Of a stretch of 64,000 nt of DNA, positions 1-13,720 are shown piece after piece. Every line of letters starts with the position of its first letter. The stretch's first letter is position 1. This stretch comes from Lobosporangium transversale. Its lineage: Eukaryota. Position numbers and translations under genes: made by a program. Where the stretch lies: contig NW_019028980.1 of NCBI RefSeq assembly GCF_002105155.1, positions 496,001 through 560,000 of the forward strand. Direction: 5' to 3'. Under the pieces are notes generated by a model. That model was given only the letters and a program-made list of their open reading frames with translations, was not told the DNA's origin and searched no databases.

Positions 1-778
1 ATATCAGTTCCAATACCAGCTCCAATACCAATAGCAATCCTAATGGCAATAGCAATGTCAATATCCCTAGTAATGGTGACTCGCCTCTCATGGAATCCTC
101 TGTAGGTTCGCCTCTTCAAAAGCCTGCGCCTCGAGCATGGAGAACAGTGGCACATACCCCAGAACTGCATCATGATGAATTTCCTACTGCCGCAGAGGCT
201 GCCAAAATAACACAGCAGCATGGTAAGCAAAGATTTTTTTCTCCTGTGTTTACTTTGGTCACTTGAGCAAGTGATGGCGAAGGCATTGCGAAACATTGCT
301 TATTACACATATTTTAACATAGTTCTTTTTGCATGATGCACACACTGATTTTATTTATTTTTTCTTTTGCTTTTACATATGACTTGATTGGGAAAACCGG
401 CTTTTTTTTTTTTTTTTTTTTTTTTCTGTGTAATAGATCAGCAGAGCCATGGACATACAAACAACCAAAATCAAAATGGTAGAGCCAATAACACTATCTC
501 AGAAAAGAACACGACTGTAAGTAAAAAGAAATGATAGAAAGCCTTCTTTTGGAATTTTTTTTTGTGAAAAAAAAAAAAAAAAAAAAAAAAACTGAAACCT
601 TGTGCCATGAATTTGCTGTTTACATGTGGTATAAATTGAATATGGTACCATTATATAGACACCAAACAATACGGTAGCAAGTACGGCGCCGAATACGGCA
701 GCGAGTATGGTAGCAAGCGAGCCCATGTCGAAAACCGTCTCTACTTTGTCATTAGGGGCCGATAACTGGGATGAGGTA

Positions 779-834
<56 letters not shown>

Positions 835-3800
835 GATAATTATAAATAACTACATAGTCCGTACAAACGCGTCCCGATGTTTAACTATCAGCGTGTGATA
901 TCTTGTCACCCAAACTAATAAAATACACTATATTTGTAGGCTGATGAGGACGAAGGTGAAGATTTCCTTAATGCAGAAGCGATTGAATTTGGAGATGGTT
1001 CTGTCATCCTCGCAGCAGCAGTGGCACAGACAGCAGAGAGTCAAAAGGACAAAGAACCATCACTACCGCCGCCGATACCTGATAGCCAACGAGAAGAGCG
1101 CGTTGTTGATCGAGGAGATGTAGAGTTCACCAGAGCATGGCCCAATCGAGGTCAGTCTAGTTCAGGACCATCACTTTATCAGCCTCATCAAGAGACACCA
1201 TCTAGATATGGCCCACAGGACCGCGCGCATTCATCACTTTGGCAAGGAGCGCCAACTGATCGCCGTCCCTCCACAGATCGAAACCTGGGTCATTACTCTC
1301 ACCAGCGACGTGAATCGTTAGGATCACGAGACCCATATCAGAATGGGCCTCGTCGAGACTCAACTGGACACAAAGATTCCTATTCTGGGCCTCGCCGGGA
1401 CCCTAGCTACCGTGAACCATACTCTCATGAGCGTAGAGACTCTTATAACCGCTCTGGAAGCTATCAACGCGATCGGTCACCCTATCGTCAGCGAGATGGT
1501 GACTATCATCAAGACAGGAGACACAGCCATGATCGGCCACCATACTCTTCAGATCGAATTCCTGACCGTCAGCGCGATTTTCAATTATTGACACGTCCGA
1601 AAGAATCTACGAATGACGGGTTGGGGCTTCATGATATAAATTCTCATGGTCATCCTAGTTCTCACCCTCATTCATATCATCCACATTCATTGTCCGGTGC
1701 ACGTGGTCCACATGAACGAAATTATACAAAAGATCACGAGCATCGGGAGCATGGAGGTAATCACATTGAGCCATATGGAGCTACGGACCATCAGCATGAA
1801 GCAATGAAACAGATCGCAGATGAAGCACGTAAGCGGCGGGATGACGAAGAAAGAGAGAGGGAAGAAAGCAAGGCCAGAGCGCGTGCAAAAGCAGATGTAG
1901 TGGCGCGCAAGATAGAAGAAGAGAAACTCGCCAAGGCCAAGCAAGAAGCAGCAGCGGAGGAGGAACGTTTAGCAAAAGAAAAGGCAGAGGAAGAGATTCG
2001 AAAGAAACAGGAGCAAGAAGCAGCTGCTGTTAGCGCTCCCACCACTGATGCCACCGTCATCAAGTCAATAATACAGACAGACGAACCTGAGCACACCCGT
2101 GAGACTGCTGACCCACGAGATAGGCCACTCATTAGGACCATGAATGAGCGCGAAAAACAGGAAGCACTAGCTGGATGGCGTGCCTTACCCGACAAACTTG
2201 TTAAGGAGGAGAATGAGAGAATCGCGAGGATCCGCGATGAAAGGCGTGCACTAGCACAGGCGGAAGAAGAGAAAAACCCAGTTTCTACAGTGACTACTCC
2301 ATGGAGAAGGTCAGGGAACGTCACGATGGGTAAGGGTGGGGCTAAAAAGGATGATAAGGCTACATCTCATCATACCTCTCATGAGCCCCAAATAGATCAT
2401 TTGAATGAGGTGATGCATAAGATTGAAGAACAGCTACACGAGAATAAGGATAAATCACTCTTGGCTCCAGAGGGTCCTAAGCAGATGTCTGCTATTAGTG
2501 GTGGTTTAGCTGAGAAGGAGACTGCGCGGTCTATATCTAGTAAGACTGCTGGACCATCTGCACAGGATACTACCGAAGAAGGTAACGAAAAGACTTCGCT
2601 GCCTTCTTTTACAGAGAGGACGACCCTGAAGCGTAACGCCAAGGCTGTTCGTGCAGCAAGAGATAGCGGCGAATCTACGTCCTGGCGTAAACCTGAGCCT
2701 AAAGTGGAGGTAGCGACAGCGGATAACAAGTTGGAGCCAACAGTAAATTCTGTCGAAAGGAAGAAGCTCAGTAATGCAGTTGATGTTAGCAAAGACGAGC
2801 TTGTACAAGACTCGAATGCTCAGGCTCCAAAGCTGGAGACAAAACCCATGAATGGCAGGAGGATTTCAAGATCCATGGCTGCAGCTAATGGAAAGGGCAA
2901 CTATCCAGCTAAGCTTAATGGGTTCAATGAAGCCGTCAAAATATCTCATATTTCCAAAATCCATGCACGACTTGCACTACAGCCTGCGGGCGATATGAAC
3001 ATTGGAATGCCTATCGTTGATCAACAGTCACAACAACAGGATGATGATAAACCCGGTGAGCCAAGCGAAGGCAAGGCAAGCGGGAAAACCGATCCATCAA
3101 TGAAGAGGGGCTCTTTTTTAAGCTCAAATGCTTCGACCATTTTTCCTAGCATTGTTGAGAAGGCGGCCAAGAACCGTGGGAGTGTGAGCTTCATGGTTGA
3201 CAGTGAGATCGATAGCGTACCTTCAGAAGGCGTCGGATTGGAGCAAGTTCTCTCTTCACAGAACACTTTGCCAACGGCAGCGGCGCCCAACAAGGAGACT
3301 TCTGCTGATGATAATGCTAAAAAGGCATGGGATGCAACTGTTGCATCAGATCAGCAACAACAACAGCAGCAAATTAGCGGAAGCAACCATTTGACACCCC
3401 AGGGTGTCTCCGATATGTACATGGTCAACATTTCTGGGCCTGGAGGCGTTAATCCAATGGTACCACAGCAATCATGGAGTCCATCCATTGGGATGGACTT
3501 GAGCCAAGCAGGGCCTGCTATAACACCCAATGGTGTTGTGATGAGCGGACCAGCTGGAAATGCTGCTCATCCTGGACAGTTTCCGATGGTGATGCCAATG
3601 TACTCTCAAGGGTTTCCTATGAATGCACCTCATCTCTATTACATGATTCCAAGAGGGGCTATGCCTCCTTCTCACCCTATGCCTCAGTTTCCTGGCGGCT
3701 TGTTACCTCCTCATGGCTCACTGGCAATGTCTCCGAGGGATGGTCCTGCTGGGATAGCACCAAGTCATGGATCACCTGATATGGCCCTTCAGGTCATGAC

Positions 3801-4758
3801 AACACAGTCAGTCATGGTTGATAATAAGCCGGATGGCTCTATGGGAAATAACGTTGGTAGCGGTGCTTCAGGTTCAGTGATTGGCCCCCACCCCCACTGG
3901 TTGCCTCGCTTTTCAGCTGCAGGAGAACCGCCAGTCCAGGCAGCGGCAGTAGCTCCTGCTCCAGGAGCATACCTTGTGCAGTTACCAGGGTCACAGCATC
4001 CCAACATCATCCCAACAGCCAATCGAGTGCCTCAATCTCGTTCATATGGTCCCCAGCATCACCCTCATCATCAACACCAACATCACCCACAACAGCAACA
4101 TAGACAGGCCCATCATTCAGGACCAGCGTCTCTGGAAAGCAGTTTCCAAGATGGATCACCCCCACCTTCATCAACCGAAAGATGGGGAAACAGTAACAAC
4201 CCGACGATAGTATCGGGCAGCGGTTCTGGTTCAATGACGAGCCCTTTAATGAGTCAAAACGGCGAAGGAGGGGACCGTAATCATGCACAGAGGGACAATA
4301 GCAACGGACCTTCATCATCATTGTCATGGAGCTCTGGAAATGGAACCGAGGGTGGGAATGGCCGGATGAATGTCAATGGCCCACTTGGACCAACAGGGCC
4401 ATTTGGGGGCTATCAGGCAATGGTGACATCTTCGATGAGTATGCCGTTGTCGCATGGTCATGGCCACGGTCCCAGCCATGGTCACGGAAATGGTCATTAT
4501 GGTCATGGAAATGGTCATCATGGACATGGAAATGGTCATCATGGACATCTGGGCGGCAATCATCGAGGCGGCCGAGGGGGTTTCAATGGCGGAGGACAGG
4601 GCTATAAAGAGCTTCGTCCGCGAGGTGGATATATGAACCAAAGTCACCATGGGCATCAAGGACCGGGATACAACATGAATACAGGACATCAGCAGCAGCA
4701 GAGTGCCAGTACCAATTCCTCGAGGGCGTTGAACAAAACAACATATGAGGAAGCATAG
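1..4758 (+). CDS. PRRC2/BAT2-like large disordered protein (5'-partial). Exons <1-222, 437-516, 659-775, 940-4758
   Basis: GT-AG introns 223-436, 517-658 and 776-939 keep one frame. The spliced N-terminal part has PRAW...DEFPTAAEAA and NWDEADEDEGEDFLNAEAIEFGDG, then an R/D/S-rich region, a charged coiled coil (ARKRRDDEEREREESKARARAKA), a P/M-rich region and a C-terminal RGG box. This resembles the PRRC2/BAT2 layout as I recall it; not searched. Confidence 0.65.
783..832. repeat. (TA)25 microsatellite in an intron
   Basis: Read directly from the sequence. Confidence 0.95.
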
Positions 4759-5530
4759 ATGCTGTTTAGTCCAGGACTTTATTTCTTTCTTTCTTTTATT
4801 TTTTTTTTTTTTTAGTATATGGGTCAATGTTATGTGTTATATTTCTAGCTTTTTCTTTCTTTCTTTTACTTTATTTGTAATTTAGCAGCATTGACTTTAC
4901 TTTTTATTTTGCATATTCAATTGGGTTAAATCCATTTTCACAATAAAAAATGGAAGAGCACTACCTACATGTATACAAATGTGTATAGATATATATATAT
5001 GTACATTTTTTGTGAAGTTGATTGGCTGCAGTAAGATTATCCCAGGATGAGGCAATTGAAGGTTTAGCCGCGTTGAGTCTCGAAAAAGAAAAAAAAGTCC
5101 ATCTGTCTGTATTCCAAATGACGATTAGGAAATGGATTTAGAGGGATGATGAAAATGATGATGATAGTATACATAATTAGTTGGTCCTTCTCAATTTTCA
5201 TCATTGTCATTGCCTTTTGCATCACTTTAGCCTAGCATTGTTAACATTCACTTTCCTGTGCTATATTTTCCCATCTTTGTTCGAGCCACATTCATTACTC
5301 TACCTTTCCCTCTTTGTTTTATCCGAAAAGTACATGTACAGTAGTCATCTTTTTTGCCTGGTGTTTAATCCAAAGAGCAAACATATTTTCTCTCTCTGTC
5401 TCTCTTTTTTTTTTTTTATTCCTTCCTTCTTTTTCCTCATCTCTATCCATTACCACTTCTCTTTTTAATAACTATTCTTCTCAACATTGATTCCAAAAAA
5501 ACAGAGTCAATATAAATAATAATAATAATT

Positions 5531-8186
5531 ATGGCTTCTATCCACGATCTCTGCAATCCTGAGCCAGCACAAGGAAACAGCTCGAATCACCTTTCTTCTA
5601 CTTCTACTTCTACTTCTACTTTTACTCCTGATTCTGCTTCTGTTCCTGCTGGACCTGCTGGACCTGTTGCCCATTATCACCATCATTATCATCATCCGTA
5701 TCCAGGAGCTCACCAACCAACTTCTTACCAAGTCCCTCCTCCACATCAAAGCTCAATGTCACACCTTCCCCCGTTCCGTCATAACGACTATCCGTACAGC
5801 AGAGACAACAGGGGACGTCACTCACACCACTTTCACCCATATCAAACTCCTCATCAAGATCAACAATACCAGCACCAGCATCAGCATCAGCATCAGCATC
5901 AGCATCAGCACCAGCAACGACAACATCATCCATCGACTTCCTCACAGAATCTTTCTAATGCATCTGCCCACCATTATCCGCCCTACGATAATAGCTGGCC
6001 AGGACATGAATATGGTCACAAACCATACCCATTAAATGATAACACTCCAATTCCGCAACCACAACCACAACCACAACCACAACCACAACCGCAGACACAG
6101 ACACAGACACATGGCCATGATCATGGTCATTACTATCCCTATCCTCCTTCACCAGGTAGCCATCCTCAATATGCAGCTCCACTGCCACCACCGCCACCAT
6201 CTTCTTCTTCTTCTTCTACTACTACTACTTTTACTATTACTGATTCTCAAGCCGACTCTCGTTCAATGGACTATCCAGAAGGATATCGAAGAGATCATTC
6301 AATCAAGAGGCATAGCAATGACAACCATGAACAATACCCTATGAAGCATCAGCACCACCAGCACCAGCAGCACCATTCTCACTCTGTCGAGTTGGGGCGC
6401 AGTCATCTAAGAAATATCATTCCTAAAAGTAATAACAATCCTGACAATGACCAAAAGACATCAACCACAACAACCCATCATGTTTCTACATCGCATCTTG
6501 ATGAGCGGTAAGTTGGGAAAGGAGGGAGGAAGCGGGAGGTTGTTTTTTTTTTTTTTCTTTTTTTTAATAAATGTTCTGACAAAGTTTTTTTTTTTTTTTT
6601 TTTTTTTTTTATAGACCTGTGCGGATCAAAATCGTACAACAACCACTTCATGCACGAATGTGTGGGTTTGGAGAAAAGGATCGCCGACCGGTGGACCCAC
6701 CTCCGATCGTTCAGCTTTTCTTGGATAAAGAAGATGCACAGCATCCATTAAAACGTATGCAACGTTCAAATGCGACTGCTACTGCTACTACTACTGCTAC
6801 TGCTACTACTTCTGCTGATGCTACTTTAATGACCAAGGATACCATATCATCTGCTTCGACGACATCCAAATCTGTCAACTCAAAAACGAAAATGAATCAT
6901 CAGCACCGTCATCCTAATGTGAGTGATCCTGAACATGAGACAGATGATGATGATGGAGTTCAAGATAATGAAGACAATGATGAGACTTTTCAACCAGAAG
7001 ACAGCGATGACAATAAGACTAAAGAGGAAAAGGAAAGGGAAAGGGAAAGGGAAAGGGAAGGGGAAAAGAAGAAGAACGGGAGTAAGGCTGGTGAAAGACC
7101 CACTAGTCTTCGGGCTGTTGCCACTATCACTACGACTAGTACTACAATAACTACAAACGAAACTGAGGATCTGAAGCAACAGCAGACAAAAGGAACGACG
7201 CCATTCACTTTGGGTAAACGTGGTCGTCAAGATAGGGACAAGGCTGAAGAAGGAAACGAAGACGAAGAAGAAGAAGAAGGACAGACGAAAGTGAAAAAGA
7301 GTCCCTCTGTCATTGATCGAGCCTATGGTCATGACAGTGGTCATGAAGATCATGAGGAAGATCATGAAGATGAAGAAGGAGAAGAAGAAGAGGAAGAAGA
7401 AGAAGGGGATGGGTTTCATGATGACGATGAAGAGCTTTCAGAACAAGATCCATTATTTGTGTTACATGCATCTCTATGGTCAGCCGATGGTAAAGAAGTA
7501 CGGAACATGATTGCGACACCAGGAAAGATGGACCCTCCCAAGTTGACACGAATCCTGATGGGTTCCTTGGTCGTGTCACCGGTCCTGTTGAACAATGCAG
7601 AAGGTGTACCGGGTTGGTACTTTAGTTTCCCAGACCTAAGCATTCGAACTGAAGGAGTTTATACACTCAAGTTCTCATTAATGCGGTTTGGAAGGTAAAA
7701 ACAAAAACAAAACAAAAAAAAAGTAAAGCAAAAAAGCAAATATATATATAATACGAAAAGCATGGCTAACATGTATGCTCTGTTCTGCTCTGTTCTGCTC
7801 TGTTATAATACTTTATATCTATCTTTGTGGTTCCTTCATAGTTTTGATTTCATGAACAATGAAGATGGACATGTATCGACGTTGGTTGCAGAAGAGATCA
7901 GTGAACCTTTCACGGTTTATTCTGCAAAAAAGTTCCCGGGAATGACAGGTAAAAAGAAAAAAGAGAACCAAATAAGCTCTTTTTTTTTTTTTTTCCTTTT
8001 TTCTTTTTTCTTTTTTCTTTTTTCTTTCTTTGCAGTTGATTTGTTTATTGATTGATTGATTTATTTTATCCCTTTCTTAATGAAATAGAATCCACTGAAC
8101 TATCAAAAGCATTCGCGAAACAAGGCTTGAAAATCCCAATCCGCAATGATTTACGTGTGCGTAAAGTAGACAGAGAACGAGATTAA
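5531..8186 (+). CDS. Velvet-domain transcription regulator, VelB-like, about 753 aa. Exons 5531-6507, 6615-7694, 7842-7948, 8089-8186
   Basis: Velvet motifs IVQQPLHARMCGFGEKDRRPVDPPPIVQL, LMGSLV, FSFPDLSIRTEGVYTLKFSL and SEPFTVYSAKKFPGMT|ESTELSKAFAKQGLKIPIR. Three GT-AG introns in consistent phase; 2262 coding nt. Confidence 0.92.
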
Positions 8187-8490
8187 TAAATATATATATA
8201 TAATAAGTAAAACCATTTATAAAATGTATATAGAAAAAAAAAAAAAAAAATTCAAGCATTGATATCGCCAATTTTATTTGGTCACGATACCTTATATTTT
8301 TAATCTAAAAACGATGATTGAATTGTTCTGGTGGCATCTCACTACGTGACGGACTTGCAACAATACTCGTAACAAGCGAGCTAATTGGCTGCCAATACAC
8401 TCGAAAGTATTCAAAAAATATAAGGTATCGCGACCAAATGAAACGGGCTATATATTACTTTTTAGAAAAAAAAAAAAAAAAAAAAAAAAA

Positions 8491-8548
8491 AGAGTGGAGT
8501 GGAGTGGAGAGAAATGAAAAAGAGTGGAGTGGAGAGAAATGAAAAAGA
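8491..8548. repeat. Short tandem duplication (AGAGTGGAGTGGAGAGAAATGAAAA-like unit, two copies) between convergent genes
   Basis: Read directly from the sequence. Confidence 0.8.
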
Positions 8549-8599
8549 GGATCGCTAGAGTATATATAATATATGATAATGACAAAAGAAATAAGCTAT

Positions 8600-10980
8600 C
8601 TATCGCCTACGGAACAAGACATCCGTCAAAGTAGTAGAGGCATTCAAGAGTGCACGCTGGGCTGTCATAGTCGATTGTGCAACCAGTGATGAAGTTTGAC
8701 CTTGAACTTGAGAAGGTGTCCAACCTGTTGTGGTGGCGGTGGTGGTTGCTGTTGTGGTTGTTCCTGATGCTGTTACTCCTACTCCGGGTGTCTTTAAAGG
8801 CATAGAGATGGTGGTTGAAGATGGTGGTAATGGTAATACAGAGGAGGTTTTGGCAATGAAAGAGGCCATCGTAGGTGATGATGTCGTAAAAGTTACTCGA
8901 TTGCTTGATGGCATTATCTCCGCAGTCTTGGCTAGCTCCGCCAAGTTTTTGTATATTTTTTTCGTCCTAACCAGAGTGCTCTTAGTCTTGTGTAGGATAT
9001 CATCATCCTCTTGTTCTTCTTGAATGGAAAGCTTGGTGGTATCTTGATGATAGCGTTGTTGCGAATGATACTGCTGTTGTTGTTGCAATCGAGAAGATGT
9101 GGGGTATAGAGAATGCAACGACTTGGCATTTACATCCGACACATTGGCCATACGAGATACTTGAGCGATCACATTGGCCTCGCCATCAGTATTGGATCCA
9201 ATAGGATATTGATATTTCAAACTCTGTAGTTGCTGTTGCTGCTGCTGTTGCAAAAGTAGCTTCTGTTGTTGCTTTTGCTGCTTCTCTGCCATCAGGAGAT
9301 CCGATAAGAGAGACTGACGTCTTTGCAGGACAATGCTCGCATTCTTGTATGGTCGTGGTATGGCCGGAGAACTTGGAGCGCCAGAATGAGAATGTGCGCG
9401 ATCTCTGGGGACACTAGGCTTCATTAGTTGCCTAGGTGGTTTGCCAAAATAGAATGCCTCATCATCATCGTCCTGTTCAGTAATATCAAAGTCCTCACAG
9501 TCACCATCATGGGATTCTTGATGATGATGATGATGACGAAGATGATGGTGATGATGATGATGATAGCCTCCTCGACTCTCACGGCCATGAAGATGGCGCA
9601 ATGAATGTGAGTCAGCAGAAGGGCGCATGTAAGTAACCTTCTTCTTAATCTCTTCTTCTTCCTCTCTCTCTTCCTCCCCATTTTCATCTTCCTCATCACT
9701 TGAATCACCAACAAAGAACTTGGCCTTTCTAACCACCGTCGCTATCTGTTGCTGAGTTTTTGATTGTTTTTGGGACTCCTTCTTTTTGTTCTTCTCCACT
9801 TCCTCTTCAGAATAAGATTCATGAACAGCATTTGATTCAGCAAGGGTGGTGGCATTGTCCAAGACCGAGTCCAAGAGCCGATTAAAGGAGGATCTGGATC
9901 GCTCTGCAAGGATTCGACCATGTTCAGTTGCGGATGATTGGACAGATTGCAGTAATGCATACGATGGTGTTGTGGGCTTCAATGTCATCATCATATTATT
10001 ATTATTACTACTACTGCTATTGCTGTTGCTGTTATTTGACTCTTCTTTATCTGGGAGAGAGTAGGCCGAATCTGAGCACGTGGATTCAGCTGGTGAAGCA
10101 GAGGGTAAGGCAGAAATGAGGTGACCGGTCTGAGTCATGGTATCAACGCATAGCTCCATGTCTTGAGTCTTCTCCTGAAACTTCTCTGACTGGTGTTGCT
10201 GTAGATCCCGCCGTCTCGGAGAACTGAGTGAATGCCAATACTCAGTCATTGTTTCAAGAGGATTGGTCGAATGAGTTTCGGCAATACTTTGCTTGACACG
10301 CGAGTAGGCTAATACAATAAAATAGATAGATAGAAACGTATCGATTGGAGAGAAATAGAAACGGAAAAAAAAAAGAGGCTAGGTTAATAGCACGTCTTTA
10401 ATTTAATTGACACCAATTGATCTGCTCATGTAGGAAATCCAAGGAGGGGGGGGGGGGAAGGAGTATTAAAATGAAAAAGAAGGAAGGATATAGAATCGAC
10501 TGTATCATGTGAGAAGAGCCTAACATGTAAAAAGGAAGACGAGAAGGAAAAGGAATGTAGTTCGCAGTGGTATATGCTGCAGGACCTTAACGAGAAACCG
10601 TTAAGGGAGAAAGAAGAGGAAAGAAGAGAGAAGAGAAGAGCAACAGAGGAAAAGCAAGTGTGTTGTACAACGTTGCATTGCATGCCTTGTAGCAGATTGT
10701 CTTTACCTTTCCAAAGGACACTGTTCGGACCTACAGAAGAAGAAGAGGGGAGATAAGACCCAGTTGATCACATCACAGTGATATAAAAATGTAAAAGATA
10801 ATGAGGAAAAATATAATATTTTCATAGAGAGAGAGAGAGAGATAGAGAGATAACAAGATAAGGAAATAAAAGAGAAAGAGAGTAATATAGACAGGAAGAA
10901 GGAAAAAAAGAGTGGCAATGATTAGCATTGTGTTTTGGTCCACCACACAGATTGATTTGGGCGGAATAAATGGTCCATGC

Positions 10981-11012
<32 letters not shown>

Positions 11013-11036
11013 CCTTATTGTTTGCGCATTGGGCTC

Positions 11037-11069
<33 letters not shown>

Positions 11070-11801
11070 TATCCGCTGTTGTAATCAGTGTATATAAATG
11101 TTGCAACACATTTTTTTTTATTTTTTTTCATCGTGCGACCATGTGTTTATCAATGCAACAGAAACACAGGGACATGCTTTCATATTTTTCATGTACACAA
11201 CAGAAAAAGAAATAAAAAAGAAATAAAAAATAAAAGAAACCGTACCTGTGCCTGTGGAGTATGAATGCGAGTTGGGATATTGTGAGCACAAAAAGATTGA
11301 AACAAGGTCAGGATGAGAGTGGCGATGGGAACATGAATGAGAATGAGGGTGGGAATGAGAATGAGAATGAGAATGTGGACGTGAACGTGCTGAATGAACT
11401 TTTGAATGAGTGAGAGAAGAGAGTTGTTGAGGCGACGAAGAACAGCGGGCGAGACGAGAATGATGAGACCGGTGGGTGTGGTCGGTCATTGGTTTTAACT
11501 CTTTCCCAACGACCGGCACAGGACTGCTGCTTTGGGTTGTTGAGGATATTGATGACAAGGATGATGAGAGGGTGCTGGGTGCTGTAAGGATGGTAGGAAT
11601 GGTAGGAATGGTAGTAGGGATTAACATTGTACCACTGCTATTACTACTCATACTATCATCAAGGCTATGGATGGTGTTGTTGTTGTTGACGAAGTCATTG
11701 TGGCCATGGCTGCTAATCTGATGGTGAGCAGCCTCGGGATGATTACTAGCCATGGTCATGACCATGCCCATGTTCATATTCATATTCATATTCGTGTTCA
11801 T
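8600..11801 (-). CDS. Hypothetical low-complexity protein. The main exon (ORF 8600-10249, extendable to 10308) is firm; upstream exon 11246-11801 is probable, giving about 754 aa
   Basis: 549-aa ORF rich in S/Q/H/E/T. Donor CAG|GTACGG at 11245 and acceptor TTAG| at 10309 are both phase 1, joining the upstream ORF in frame. Short motifs KAKFFVGDSSDEE and QRRQSLLSDLL; no catalytic domain. Confidence 0.7.
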
Positions 11802-12449
11802 GTTCACAGGCACGGACGATTCGATCCCTGATGTGAATATGGATTAGATCTGTAGGTTCTGTGGAGTAGGAAGATGTTGTTTGCGGACAGGCATTCAATG
11901 GATGCAGATATCAATGTGGAGAGTGTCAAGAGTAAAGAGAGTGGAGAGTGAGAGAGAGTAGAGTGTGAGATAAATCCAAAATAAATAAAAAAAACGAGAG
12001 CGCAGAATTCTTTGCAAAGACAATTAAAGACTGAAAATAAATTAAAAAAGAAAAGGAGAGAAAGGGAAAAAAAGAGAGAATCTGAATGAGCAGAGAAATA
12101 ATGAAATCAATGAATGAGAATCAATGAACAGTTGAACCAGTTGATGAAAAAAGAAAAAGAAAAAGGAACATGTTGTTCCGACCGCCTTGTTTATTTTGTT
12201 TTTTTTTTTTTGTTTTTTTTTTTTTTTTTACCCCCATCAAATGGCATCCTGCAACATGTAAAAACGTAAAAGATAATTTTGGGTAATTTTGGGGGCAACC
12301 TAAGCATGTATTTTTTGTGGGGAACTAAACACTATCACAGTATAGAGTTCCTTTTTATACATGTATACAAAATGATGGATTTATATGCATTCGATACATT
12401 GAATTTTATCCACGATCATTATGGACAGAGCGTGAATGCAATCTTTTCG

Positions 12450-12480
<31 letters not shown>

Positions 12481-12799
12481 CTTCTCTTGTACGTGTATAT
12501 GTAATATTCATAGTTTGAAGTTTTTTTTTTTTGTCTCCGAAAGAAAAATAAAATGAGGACAACGTTTGTCAATGCATACTAATGCATTCATGTTTACATG
12601 CAAATGTTACATTTCCTACAAACGATTTAGGTAACCGATATGCTTGCTCAACGTTGTTGCATTGCTTAGTTCGCGTCTTATCTGTACACGTTGGACTAAT
12701 AATAATATAAATATAAATCAATCCGTAGGCTCGTTCAGGCCTTCTTCTTACACGCGATTATCGGTCAAATAAAAAAGGGATGCAATGCAATGCAATTGC

Positions 12800-12830
<31 letters not shown>

Positions 12831-13064
12831 CATAGACAGCACTACGAAATATCAAACGAAAATGTTGTAATTGTTGGGAGTTCTTTCACCATGTTTTTTT
12901 TCCTTTTCTTTCTTTCCTTTCATTTTCACTATTGTTCTATCGCGCGATCATTGCGGCGATTATGATCCAATTTTTTTTTTCTTTTGTTTTGTTTATACGC
13001 ATTGATAGCAATTAGCTCATCTGGAAAGAGAGATATAGAAAGAACAAGGTGGAAAGAGATAAAG

Positions 13065-13097
<33 letters not shown>

Positions 13098-13593
13098 ACC
13101 AGCTCTCCCACGGTATATTAGCTTCCATTTATTTCTATTTATTTTAAATATATTCGCCAGCTGACTAGAAAGAAACAACAAACAAACAAAACAAACAAAA
13201 CAAGAAAAAAAAAATAAAAAATAAAAAAGGGAGCGAACCTTTTCTAGGCCCTGGATCAAGATAACGGTCATTAGAAGCAAAAAAAAAAAAAAAAACGTAC
13301 TTTTAAACGTTTGTAAACTATTCACAGAAATTATTTTGATCCGCTTACCTGGAACGCTTTAGATGTTTGAATGAATGTCTGAAGAATGCATAGGATCAAC
13401 ATTACTGCTTGTAAAATAGTTTTTTTTTTTTTTTTTTTTTTCTTCATGTTTTGATACTTTACCATGTCATTTTCGGTTCCACTTCTTGGCATTAACATAT
13501 ATAATCCTATTTATTTTATTTTATTTTTACTTCTCGATATTCTTAATTGAACTCTTTCTGTTCCTTTTTGCCCGCATCCTTTTTATTTCCCAC

Positions 13594-13625
<32 letters not shown>

Positions 13626-13720
13626 CTTCTCTTACCTCTTACTTTCTAGTTCTTACCTCTTACTTCCTAGTTCTTGCCTCTTACTTTCTCTTACTTCCTA
13701 GTTCTTACCTCTTACATCTC
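13626..13720. repeat. Minisatellite, about 21-bp unit TTCTTACCTCTTACTT(T/C)CTAG, about 4 imperfect copies
   Basis: Read directly; built from 7-bp CTCTTAC-like subunits. Confidence 0.85.

Noticed and set aside
1343..7643. Antisense and alternative-frame ORFs over the PRRC2-like and velvet genes
   Set aside because: They are shadows of repetitive coding sequence with no independent support.
13626..13720. Regular repeat considered as CRISPR-like or telomeric
   Set aside because: Head-to-tail copies without unique spacers, in a eukaryotic intergenic region: an ordinary minisatellite.
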